A DNA stretch of 64,000 nt, taken from Batkoa obscura (lineage: Eukaryota). Under the pieces are notes generated by a model, which was given only the letters and a program-made list of their open reading frames with translations, made no database searches and was not told where the DNA came from. Below are positions 52,159 to 64,000 of this stretch, piece by piece. Position 1 is the first letter of the stretch. Every line of letters begins with the position of its first letter. The translations under genes were made by a program, and so were the position numbers. Location of the stretch: positions 124,001-188,000 of the forward strand of contig JASVEC010000017.1 in NCBI GenBank assembly GCA_030770535.1, read 5' to 3'.

Positions 52159-53772
52159 TTAATTTTTTGATTTAAATCCCTTTAAACATTCATCTACAAT
52201 CTGCATCCCTTTTACTACCTTAAGATCTTGATACCTTCTACCAATGACTTGAATACCAATAGGAATGTCTTTCATTTTAATAGCATCGTATTGACTATAC
52301 ATAGCATGTAAGCCAAGTCTACCTAATTCAAATTGATTATTAAACTTGTTATTTAACCAATCATTTAATTGAATAGTATCTTTATCTGGAATAACTTTAG
52401 TAACTGGGATACAACCAGCTGGTAAATTTAATAAATTAGCTACCATAGAATATCCTGTACCAAACACTACTTTAGAAAATTGTTCATGTTCATGAGTTGG
52501 ATGAGTATGAACTGGACTTATAATAAAATCTAAATTCAATTCATTTAATTGTTGATTAAATTTATCAAACAATAAATCCGCTTGATGATGTAATTGCCAT
52601 AATTGACCAGCTGAACGATTAGTTAAAATATCAAAGGTATTACTTAATATCTTTTCACCCATTAAATTATTTAATATAAAATATATAATAAAATGTAATA
52701 AACTTGGTAATTTTGATAAATTATTTAAAGCAGCAACTGCCTTATCAAACCCTTCATCTTGAATTTTATTAGAGGCTTCTCTATAACTATCCGATCCAAA
52801 TATTTTACTAGTTATATTAAATACTTGATCAATTGGTAATGGATCAATTTCAATAACTTCATATCCTTTATCTTTTAATGCTTTTACAGTTTCTAATACT
52901 CCTCTTTCTACTGCTGGTGTAGTTGGTAACTTATCATAACTACTATAATATCCAAATCTAACCTTTTTATCTTTAACAATATCCTCATCTTCCCTTTTAC
53001 TAATTGGAATACAACTAGGATCTGTCTCCTGTCTATTTTTAGCCATCAACAAAGTTTCTACAAGTAAACCTAAATTTTCCATACTATTTGTCATTGGCCC
53101 AGGAGTTGGTTTAACATAACCTTGACCCGATTGAAATTTAAATGAACCTTTGGTTGGTAAATAACCACTGGTTGGTTTAAAACAATATATACCATTCCAA
53201 GCAGCCGGATATCTTAAACTACCACCAACATCAGTACCGATACCAAATACACTACCGCCTAATTTAATTAAAGGTCCTTCACCTGAACTACTACCACCAG
53301 CTGAATACTCTTTACTAATTGGATGAAATGTTCTCCCATTTACTGGATTAGTACTCTCAGTAGTTAATGCTAACTGACACATATTTGTTTTACAAAAAGG
53401 AATGGCACCCAAACTTTTTACTAATTCAATCATACTACCATCTTTAGTTGCTTTTTTACTTAAATTACATTTTAAGCCAGCAATGCTAGGATAACCTTTG
53501 ATATCTATCATATCCTTTACAGATACTGGGATGCCGAGTAATGGGTAGTCAGATTCATTGAATTCAATACCAGAAGATATCTTTTCATCGAGATCTTTAG
53601 CCAAATTTAGAGCATACTCATCTAAACGTTGAGTTATACAATTGGTTTTGGAATGTGCTTGTTGACTTGTTTCAATGAAATAAGATAAGACATCAACTGC
53701 CTTCCAAGTTCCTTGACGTATGTTGTTAGCTATTTCTTGGATAGGAGTATTTTCCAAATTGATTAAAATCAT
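52159..53772 (-). CDS. Amidase-signature family enzyme, paralogue of 45069-46664
   Basis: PLLGIPVSVKD, SAGGSSSGEG, GTDVGGSLRYP; colinear with the first amidase. Confidence 0.93.
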   Translation of the reverse strand: MILINLENTPIQEIANNIRQGTWKAVDVLSYFIETSQQAHSKTNCITQRLDEYALNLAKDLDEKISSGIEFNESDYPLLGIPVSVKDMIDIKGYPSIAGLKCNLSKKATKDGSMIELVKSLGAIPFCKTNMCQLALTTESTNPVNGRTFHPISKEYSAGGSSSGEGPLIKLGGSVFGIGTDVGGSLRYPAAWNGIYCFKPTSGYLPTKGSFKFQSGQGYVKPTPGPMTNSMENLGLLVETLLMAKNRQETDPSCIPISKREDEDIVKDKKVRFGYYSSYDKLPTTPAVERGVLETVKALKDKGYEVIEIDPLPIDQVFNITSKIFGSDSYREASNKIQDEGFDKAVAALNNLSKLPSLLHFIIYFILNNLMGEKILSNTFDILTNRSAGQLWQLHHQADLLFDKFNQQLNELNLDFIISPVHTHPTHEHEQFSKVVFGTGYSMVANLLNLPAGCIPVTKVIPDKDTIQLNDWLNNKFNNQFELGRLGLHAMYSQYDAIKMKDIPIGIQVIGRRYQDLKVVKGMQIVDECLKGFKSKN

Positions 53773-54921
53773 CTTATTTTAATTTTGAACTAAAAGTATA
53801 GAAAATAAATTTTGTTTGCATTTAATGTCAATTTTTCATCTCAATTAGTCTGTAGTGTTGTAACATTTATAATTTTAGAGTGATTTAACCTGACTGAATA
53901 AATCTTCGAGGGCTATTGGTTGAATTTAATAGCTTTACAGACTCTGGACCATATCAGGGAATTTCAAGGCTATTTTTAGGTCTTCATTTTTTTGAAGTAA
54001 AATCCAAAAATATTACATACAATTATAAACGAAGATCAAAGACTATAAATTTTAATAATAAAGTTATTTATCAAATAATAAATCTCAACTTCTCTTATCC
54101 CTAGACCTTATTTTAACTCTATCATACTTATCATTCAATTAGTTTTTAAACTTTCCTTATCTACCTTAATGAAGCATTTGAAGAAGCTTGATTCCTTTAA
54201 GATTTAAAAAAATATTAATTTTTAGTGTATTTATACTATTTGGAATACTTATTATATGATTATCTATGTATTATAAATAAGAGTAATGAATGACTACTTC
54301 AGAAATGCATTTAATAGCAATCCGTACTATTATCCAAGGGTAATGTAGCAGAAATGCACTTAACAATAATTCTTATTATTATATCAAAATATTAAACGAT
54401 CAATTTAGCAATAGATCACTTCATAAATAAGAAACTAGAATATGTTTTTATCAGAAATTAAGAAGCTTGATTGAATTTTTAAATTTTATATTAGGCTATG
54501 AGAGTGTTTTTTAAGTTTTAATATTTAGATAACAATTTTTAAATTTTACATTATATAAAAAATAAGTAAAATAATAACTTAAAAGGGACTTATATGGTGA
54601 TGCTTTCTTATTTAAAAATCTGGAATAACTTGAATTTCACTTTGAAAATATTATTATTCTAAATTTTTTAACTTGGAAATTCTGTTAAAAACTCATAAAA
54701 GTATTTAAATATACAGTGGTTTACAAATTGATTTCAAGTCAATAATTTAGATCGCTATATTTTTAACAACTCTACAACGAGGCTATAAAAAAATATGAAA
54801 TAAAAGCAAGATAGATGTCCAGAGCTAAAGCTCTTATTTGAAAAAATATGAAATTAATCAATCAGTTAGTTGCTGAGATATAAAATTTCTGAGATTTTTT
54901 GAGATAAGATCAAAAGTGCTA

Positions 54922-55027
54922 CTTAAGGATGTATTTTTTTGTTTAAGAATTTTACTAACAATCTTTCCACTCAAATAGTGCTTAAAAAATGGAAAAAGTA
55001 ATGAAACCAAAAAAAACATCTCCATAT
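54922..55027 (-). mobile_element. MITE-like family A, copy 10
   Basis: ggatgtatttttttgtttaagaattttactaacaatctttccactcaaatagtgc...acatctccatat. Confidence 0.88.
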
Positions 55028-55688
55028 AATATTTAAAATTTAGTTATATAATAAAACATTATGTTTTTAAATAAAAATAATTATTGTTTATAATATTATA
55101 ATTTTAAATAAAATTAATAGTTAATAAGTTTTAAATTATACAATTAAGATAAATTATAATTTACTTTTATAAATTATTATAAATATAAAATGTTTATTAA
55201 TAAGTTACAAAATAATAGAAACGAATATAACTAAAAAAATAAGTTAAATAATATATGTGAGCTTTAACATAAAAATAGAACATAATAATATTTAGATAAT
55301 TATATAAACTATAAAAGTAGTTTTTATAACTTATGTCATTTTACTGAATTACTTAAAACTGTTAAAAGTTTAAATTGACTTTAAAATTTGTTTATTTAAA
55401 TTAATATAAATAGTATTATTTAAATGATTTTGCTATTAAAATTTAATATGTTTTTAAGTTTATATATAATTAATCTAAAGTTTCTTTATTTGGATTTACT
55501 ATAAAATTTCTACTACTTAATTATAAAAAATATTACTTTTATATTTAATAAATAATATAAAAAATTATAAGTATAGTTGATAACTTATTATATACTATTT
55601 TTTATAATTTAAGTTTATTTTAATTATATAAACTAGGGTTTTTTAACTTATAGCTAGTTAATTAAGCTAGAACTGCTTTTAATTTTAC

Positions 55689-55745
55689 TTATTAAGTGGA
55701 AAGATTGTTAGTAAGATTATTAAACAAAAAAACGCATCCCTATAT
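55689..55745 (+). mobile_element. MITE-like family A, copy 11 (right half only)
   Basis: aagtggaaagattgttagtaagattattaaacaaaaaaacgcatccctatat. Confidence 0.75.
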
Positions 55746-56020
55746 ACTAATTACTAATTATTAATTTTAAAAAACTATTTATTAATAAATCAAGTTATAA
55801 ATATTGAAAATTGGATTTAATTATTTTTTAATTATTTTTTAAATGTTTTTATTTTAATATATTAATATTTTATAAAATAGCACTAATATCTGATTTATTA
55901 TTTTAATTTTTAAATAACTTAACTTATTAGCATAAAGTATCATTTATATTATTTATCAGCTTTAATTATTTGATTATATCTATTATAATTTTAAATTATC
56001 ATTATTTCTATTTTAATATT

Positions 56021-56205
56021 TAGTATTACCTTTTCTCATATAATTTTTAGTTTGGTTTAAAAAAGCTTTTACCTGGTTCATGATGCAAAAGTTTAGTCAT
56101 CCAATTTTGATGGTCCAATCAACGATGACTCAAAAAAGCAAAAATTGAACCAAGCAAAAGCTTTTTTAAACTAGGGTAAAAATTATACGAGAAAAAGTAA
56201 TACTA
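56021..56205. mobile_element. MITE/foldback-like element E (185 bp, ~60 bp TIR)
   Basis: tagtattaccttttctcatataattttta..tttaaaaaagcttttacctggttca ... tgaaccaagcaaaagcttttttaaactagggtaaaaattatacgagaaaaagtaatacta. Confidence 0.82.
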
Positions 56206-56862
56206 ATAGTTTCTATAAAATAAAAGTGACAAAACACTCACCACATAATAAATATCTGGTAGATTTTCAAAGTCTTAACTTTGTAGGTCATTCTAAGAAA
56301 TCAATCTTGAATTGACCTTCCGATCTAGTTAAATTCATTTTTTAAATTTAATTCTTAGTTTATTTTTATCAATCATATTTCATAATTTAAAATAAAAAGG
56401 AGAAATTCTATTAAAACTGTTATTTGAATTTCACCTTAGGTTTCTAGTCCGCTTTAAGATAAATTTTGATAAAAGGAGCTTAACATAATAATTGGATTGT
56501 TATTTTTTCATGCTATATACTTATTATAATAATATATATATTTAGTATAATTTAACATAAAATAATTAATATATTAAATGTTTATCTAATTAATTATGAC
56601 AAAGAACAAAAGATGCGTTTCTCCGTAAAAGTAAAAAAATGAAATTGAGCTTAACTATTGTTCCGTCAAATTTTAGGATAGCAATAAATTGAAAGGATAA
56701 AAATGGAAACTGTGGACAAACTAATTTTGAATTTAAAAAATTAAATGTAATAAATATACATTTTTCACTCTTTATTTCCTATTTTCCTAATATTTTTTAT
56801 TTCTTTCAATTTAATTGACTTAAACACGATCTAAATAAATACAACAAACAAAATATAAAAAT

Positions 56863-57574
56863 ATGGCAGGACGATCACCATTTGATCGCAACAATGAAGG
56901 ATTTCAAAGTATTCGAGATGAAGAAGCGGAGTTTGCCCCACCAAAAAAAAAGAAAAATACACCTTGTTGTTGTTGTTTACCATTATGGGCTACCTTTTTA
57001 ATAATATTATTAGTTATCAGCGGAACTGCTGTCACTTTATTCTTTTTATGGCCTAGAATACCTTCCATTCAATATATATCTTCTTCTTTTGGTAAAGATG
57101 GTAACGATAACCAATTTTTAGAAAACAATAAGGTTTTATCTTCTCATTTCAAGGCCAATATGCAACTCAAAAATCCAAATTATTTGCCTTTAAATTTAAG
57201 AAATGTTACTATTGAAGTAAGCACTAATATTGTTATTTCAATTCAATAATATTTATAATTTTTAGATATCTATACCAGTAGATGGTGGAAACTCAGTCAA
57301 AATAGGCCAAGGATATTTATTAGAAAGTATAATATTCCCTAGTAAAAGTACAACAGAGTTTGTAATTGATTCGGATATAACGTTGGATTTAAAAAGTGAT
57401 AGTAGCGATAACATTAAAGCGATTGATACTATTGTAAAAAGTTGTAAGAGTGAAACGAATAAGAAATTAAACTTAAATTATTTTGCTAAAACGGATGTAC
57501 CTTTGGTATCTTGGACCGGTTATCAACCCTCCTTTTCAGGTGTCTTTGAAATGGATTGTCCTTTTAAAACTTAA
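56863..57574 (+). CDS. Single-pass membrane protein, LEA_2/Tag1-like fold, 2 exons
   Basis: Cys cluster before a TM helix, WPRIP, and an NPNY motif typical of LEA_2-like domains; gtaagc...ttttag intron. Confidence 0.65.
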
Positions 57575-58616
57575 GTTGTTAGCATCGTTATCATTTGGAT
57601 ATTTTATATTATGACATATAATATAAATAGTATTAATATTATTTTTCTTTTTTATTAAATTTAAACAGTATAATTTATCTTTATCGCTTTCTTCATGTTA
57701 CCATATAGTGTGTTTTGTCATGTTGGTTATTGCTATTTAACTTATAATATGGATCAATTACGTCATATACTTTCACATTTTGCTTTATCACTAATATTGT
57801 TCAATGTGTTAAAACCCTACTATACTTTATAAACAATTATTTTAATATATAGTTCTTAAAACTTTTATTTTTATATAATAGACAAATCAGTAGTATAACA
57901 ATTAGTAATTTATTAAACGACTTTTTTTGAATACCAATAACACATTTGTTTCAACTAAATAGTAATTTTTTTATAATATATATGAGTTTAAGTATATAGT
58001 TAAAATTATCACATAAGCTTTCTCCTGCTCTCTACATTTATACTGATCCAGAGTTGTTTCATTAAGCTTGTTGTTTCATTAAGCTTGTTGTTTAAAGACT
58101 GCTTCTACTTTTACACCAAAAAACATCCAAATTTTTCTCCTTTTACTTTTAAAGAACTACTCCTTTTCTCAATATACTCTTTTCTAAAAACTATAACGCT
58201 TTTAGTTTAATCTTTTATATTAAATACCACAAGACTTATCTTGAATTTTTTAAAGCATTACAACTTTATTCATTGAATTCTATAATAAGTTAAGTTTTTT
58301 CAAAAATAATATTCAGTAATTATTATGATTCTATTAATCAATAGCCTTATATAAGACATTTATAAGAAATAAGTTTAAAATTATTTTAATATACCAAGTG
58401 TTTGAAAGTAAGCTATTTTTTAATAGTATAATGTATTAAAAATATATAATGCTGTTAAAACAATATATAAATAATCATACTTTGATTTTATAAAAGAAAC
58501 TAAAGTTTATTAAACTAAACTAAAAAATAAATATCAAATTATTTTAAACATTATCATAATAAATTATATAATTCCAAATATTACAAATGGCTTAGAAATA
58601 TGAATTAAAACTAAAG

Positions 58617-58718
58617 TATAGAGATGCTTTTTGTTTAAGAAATATATTAACATTTTTTCCTTTTAGTAGCGCTCGAAAATGGAGTAGTAAACGAAATCAA
58701 AAAAAGACATCCTCATAA
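58617..58718 (-). mobile_element. MITE-like family A, copy 12 (diverged)
   Basis: atagagatgctttttgtttaagaa...aaaaagacatcctcat. Confidence 0.7.
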
Positions 58719-59143
58719 TATTTAGATATAAATCAAAAACTTTGAAACTGATGACTTAATTTAAGTTAATTAGATGAAAACAGCTATTGTTAATAGCAAT
58801 TAAATAAACTGTAATAATGAACTTAATCAATTTTATAAAAACTGGAGATGCCAATAACAATATAAAAAGTTCTTAAAAGCTTCTTAGAATTTTTCAAAAA
58901 GTCTCACAATTTTAAATGGAAAATTTATGGTAGAGTTATAGAATTGCAATGGTAAAGATATTCAACACATTAATCAAAATTTATCCAAAAATAATAAATC
59001 AAAAGCAACTAAGTAAAAGTTACTAATGCAACTAATAGCTATTTTTTTAAGAAATTATAGTACTCATGAATGTAAAAGGAAAATAATAGTTAAATTTTGT
59101 TAAATATTAGCTCTTTTTTAAAGCAAAGCTAAAAGCAAGAAAT

Positions 59144-59216
59144 GCCTTCTTGGCTCAGTTGGCAGAGCGTCCGCCTAGTAAGCGGAAGGTCATTGGTTCG
59201 ATTCCGATAGAAGGCA
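59144..59216 (+). tRNA. tRNA-Thr (anticodon AGT)
   Basis: 73 nt cloverleaf: acceptor GCCTTCT/AGAAGGC, A box TGGCTCAGTTGG, anticodon arm TCCGC-CTAGTAA-GCGGA, T loop GGTTCGATTCC; T-run downstream. Confidence 0.96.
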
Positions 59217-59839
59217 TACTAAAAGCTAGTAGCATCATTTTTTTATATAGTAATTATATAATCTAATCAGTTGAATTTTGAACTACTTCCTATTCTCAAT
59301 AATAAAATACTTGGAGCTTCATTCCTTTAAAAATTTAAAAAACATTTAATGTATGTTTTAGAATTTTAATTTTTAAAGTTTTGTTTTTTTATTGAAGGTT
59401 TTTTACGTTTCAGTAACACTTAAAAAATGAACAAAATTATGCCTAAAATCTATTTAAAAAATAATGTATTCATTCCAATATTTTAATAAAGCTGAATATG
59501 GTCATTGACCAATAAGATAATGAATATTGAGCAAACTTAAATAGTTTTATAAGAATCGGCGATGTCAACTCCTTTATAGAAACCTATTAAAAGATAAACT
59601 GACTATTTTGGCTTATAACTAAAACATTTAAATGCTAAAATTCATTTTACTAAAATCTCATGCTCCCATAAAAAGTTCGAAGTTTAATCCTCATTTAATT
59701 GGTTAAAAAAACGAAGAATCAAAATTATCGATAAAAAGCAAAGAGATTGATTGATCAAATTTTAACCAAATTTGAAGATAATCTAAGATTTAAATTTTTA
59801 AAAATCAAGCTTTTTAGATTTTTAAATAAAAATTAGAAA

Positions 59840-61539
<1,700 letters not shown>

Positions 61540-61794
61540 AGAATATTCTATTTTTTGAATTTATAAAGTGATATTTTATTTTTTTATATTTGTAAATTTT
61601 TTTATGAGTTTATGATTGATAAATAAAACTGAAAATTATTGGATTATTTTTTTAAAATGGAATAAATGTGAGTCATTTTTTGTAAAGAAAAATAGGTTTG
61701 GAAATTTTTAAAAGCATAAAAAAGAGGTGGCTCAATTAAAATTTTTAAGATTAAACTTTTCAACTTTTAAATTAACAACTATTTTAAATAAAAA

Positions 61795-63553
61795 ATGAAG
61801 TACATTAGTACCCGTAGTACCGATCCCAATGAAACTCATGGATTTGAACAAGTAGTTTTACAAGGTTTAAGTCCAGATGGTGGTTTATTTATACCTCAAC
61901 AGTTACCTCAATTAACTTCTGAGCAGCTTTCTATATTAAAAGAAAAAAGTCATAACTTTAATGATCTTGCCTTTGAACTTTTATCCTACTTTATTCCAAC
62001 CTCTGATATCGATAGTGTTTCATTGAAATCCATCATTAAAAAATCATTCACTAGTTTTACTCATGAAAAAGTCACTCCTTTAGTTAAAGTAGGCGAAATA
62101 GATATCTTAGAATTATTTCATGGTCCTACCTTTGCATTTAAAGATGTAGCATTACAGTTTTTAGGCAATTTATTTGAATTTTTTTTAGCCAAAAAAGAGG
62201 ATTTTAAACTTACTGTAGTCGGTGCAACTTCAGGAGATACTGGTAGGTAAGTTACATGAAGGAGAATTTATTTTAAGGTTTTTATAATATGCATAACAAA
62301 TCTAATAATTGAGAATAATATATTAAATTTCCTTTTTAATTTAGTGCTGCTATCTATGGTTTAAGAAATAAACCTAATATTAATGTATTTATATTACATC
62401 CTTATAATAAAGTAAGTAAAATACAAGAAGCTCAAATGACTTCGGTATTAGATAAAAATGTTTATAATTTAGCAATTGATGGTACATTTGATAATTGTCA
62501 GGTAAAATAATAATAATAATAATCTATATTATAAATTTATGATAGAATATTTATTTATTTTTTAATATTTAGGATATTGTCAAAAGCTTATTTTTAGATC
62601 AAGAATTAAATCAACAACTCAACTTAGGTGCTGTCAATTCTATCAATTTTGCACGTATATTAGCACAAACAATTTATTATTTTTATTCTTATTTTGAACA
62701 TCAACGTAATTACCCAGATTCTACTAACACCATCAATTACTCTGTCCCTACTGGAAACTTTGGAGATATATTAGCAGGATATTATGCTAAACAAATGGGA
62801 TTGCCAATTAATAAATTAATAATAGCAACTAATAAAAATGATATATTATATCGTACTTATGAAACTGGGATTTATGACAAATCAAATCAAGTACAACCTT
62901 CTCTTTCACCTGCTATGGATATTTTAATATCATCAAATTTTGAAAGATTGATTTATCATTTGACTTTGAAGTTAGAAAAGGATAATGAAAAGACAGGAGA
63001 GAAGATGAAGAATTGGATGACTGAATTTAAAGATAGTCATAAAATTCAATTTTCAAAGGAGTTCATGCAATTATTAAAACAAGATTTCTTGGCTTTTAGA
63101 GTCGATGATGAAGAGGTAAGAAGTTTATTGAGTAATGTAATAATTATAATGTACTAATGTAATTTTAATTTAGATTGTTGAAACTATTAAAGAATGTTAT
63201 CAAACAAATAAATATTTATTAGATCCACATACTGCTGTTGGTTATAAAGCAGCTAATTATTATCTTAAACAAGAGTAAATTTACTATTATCAATGGCAAT
63301 AATAATATACTAATAAATTAATAGTAATTTACCTATTATTACTTTAGCTACTGCTCACCCAGCTAAATTTGAAAGTGCTATTAAATTAGCTATTTCTAAT
63401 TTTGAATCTTTTGATCAAATCATGTTTCATGGTTATTTACCACAACCTTTTTATAATTGGATGCAAAAGGATTTTGTAAAAAATGTTAATAGATTGGAAC
63501 AACCAGATAATAAAAAGGTTAAGGAATTTATTTTAGAAAAGTTAAAGGAATAA
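61795..63553 (+). CDS. THR4: Threonine synthase (multi-exon)
   Basis: MKYISTR, GLSPDGGLFIP, LELFHGPTFAFKDVALQ, ATSGDTG, NSINFARI, VPTGNFGD, LATAHPAKF. Confidence 0.96.
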
Positions 63554-63779
63554 ATGGGCTTAATTTTATTTTCTATAATAAATATTAGTTTACTTTATTA
63601 ATTTTATGATTTTTAAAATTAGTGACTTTTTTTATTACATCTCTTTTTTTTTTAAGAATAAAAATTTTGATTTTTTTTGATTAATCTAATAAATTTATTA
63701 CTCGTATTTTTTTCTAAACAAAAAGTTACTTTTTTTTCTAAATTTTAAATTTTTCTTTTTTAATAATAAAATATAAATT

Positions 63780-63946
63780 ATGCCAACCATTAGTCCAACA
63801 ATCAATAAACCGGTAAAACAAAAAACAACTCCTCTCTATGAAAAACTTCAAGAATTACCCTTTACTATTTATTATATGCTTCATGAATTATTTGCCGATA
63901 TAATAAGTAACTCATGGATAACTATGATTATTCAAGAATATTTAAG
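63780..63946 (+). CDS. First exon of an unidentified gene (weak Nur1/Mug154-like look); continues beyond the window
   Basis: ATG, then an open frame MPTISPTINKPVKQKTTPLYEKLQELPF...QEYL, then a GTAAGT donor. Confidence 0.5.
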
Positions 63947-64000
63947 GTAAGTGAAATTAATTAATAGAATTTATTAGAAATTTAATTAATTTAATTAATT

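Noticed and set aside
54299..54390. Imperfect ~49 bp duplication (cagaaatgca...), and a 17 bp tandem repeat near 58052-58092
   Set aside because: Two-copy local slippage duplications with no further structure
9152..58718. Family A repeats as a CRISPR array
   Set aside because: Dispersed, ~105 bp, in both orientations, with no regular spacers or cas genes, in a eukaryotic context

Overview
Very AT-rich eukaryotic DNA with short GT-AG introns and fungal-type genes, most likely an early-diverging fungus (Entomophthorales/Conidiobolus-like by style only, not confirmed). It holds about 21 protein-coding genes: GH47 mannosidase (partial), F-box/LRR, BTG/Tob-family, hotdog acyl-CoA thioesterase, CDC7, CBF5, ANTH/AP180, phosphoglycerate dehydrogenase, ELP6, ankyrin-DIL, S9 peptidase, ODC-like, ADH6-like, UGT, two amidases, S1 protease, OMA1, a TM/LEA2-like protein, complex I 51 kDa subunit, THR4 and a partial gene at the right edge. 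There is also one tRNA-Thr(AGT). Non-genic DNA holds about 12 copies of one ~105 bp MITE-like family, five other inverted-repeat elements, and a decayed 6 kb zone (6.2-12.1 kb) with pseudogenes built from tandem transposase-type HTH repeats. The most notable observations are an ornithine decarboxylase homologue lacking the catalytic Cys-Asp (GPTCD is replaced by GPALG), a fungal BTG/Tob gene, the poly-HTH pseudogenes and C->T-biased repeat decay. All calls were made by eye with no database searches, and exon boundaries are manual.
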